From Mobula hypostoma (taxonomy: Eukaryota), in NCBI RefSeq assembly GCF_963921235.1, contig NC_086108.1:48796001-48860000 (forward strand): 64,000 nt of DNA. The letters run 5' to 3'. Position 1 is the first letter of the stretch; the number at the start of each line of letters is the position of its first letter. Shown here in pieces: positions 63,611 to 64,000 of this stretch. A program made the position numbers and the translations under genes. A model generated the notes under the pieces. The model did no database searches and was not told the origin of the DNA. It saw only the letters and a list, made by a program, of their open reading frames with translations.

Positions 63611-64000
63611 CGTGACCTCATTTACCCTATCTTTACCCCTCCTACTTTTGTATACCTCTATCAAATCTCTCCTCATTCTCCACTTCTTTAGTGAATAAAA
63701 TCCTAACCTATCCAACCTTTACTATCAGCTGGTCAATTAAAGCAGACTTAATATAAACCACCCTGAGCAAGTTGTAACTTGCAATTCATTACCCATTACA
63801 GATCTGTTTAAAATAATTTTTTGAAACTTTAACAATGTAATCAGGCACACTGATAATGTTTCAACGTTGCACAGTGCAGTTAACATTAAGGCATGGAATA
63901 TAACATGTTCTTTGTGCCACCCAGTGAATATAGCCCAGAGGCTGGGTTGAATGTACTGGATGCTGGCCATCAGTATATTTTTTCAGTATTAACACCAAAA

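Noticed and set aside
57697..64000. Next NPL exon (AQHAAEIGADGIAVIAP-like)
   Set aside because: Not found by eye; presumably lies beyond the window end.

Overview
Vertebrate genomic DNA, most likely a cartilaginous fish (ray or shark; inferred from the repeat landscape). Most of the window is degraded, heavily nested transposable elements: CR1, Rex1/Babar-like, L1 and R4/Dong LINEs, Penelope-like GIY-YIG elements with minimal hammerhead ribozyme motifs, Gypsy remnants, a solo LTR, RTE-type and tRNA-type SINEs, a Tigger deletion derivative, and an intact-ended but decayed hAT. The only host gene I can support is NPL (N-acetylneuraminate lyase) on the + strand. It has a CpG/TATA promoter near 47.2-47.3 kb, a probable first exon that could add an in-frame 7-aa N-terminal extension, and four coding exons (48103-48170, 48271-48344, 50278-50365, 57639-57696); the gene runs on past the window. 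The most notable observations are the Penelope hammerhead motifs (including a 99-bp TSD-flanked mini-element), a Tigger inserted at +6/+7 of an NPL splice donor, multi-level nested insertions with readable TSDs, two RTE-type SINEs with different 3' hairpins at the same position, and an unexplained ~310-bp repeat with a conserved core. I found no clearly novel multi-gene system. All family assignments come from motif recognition by eye, not database searches, and boundaries without a TSD are approximate.
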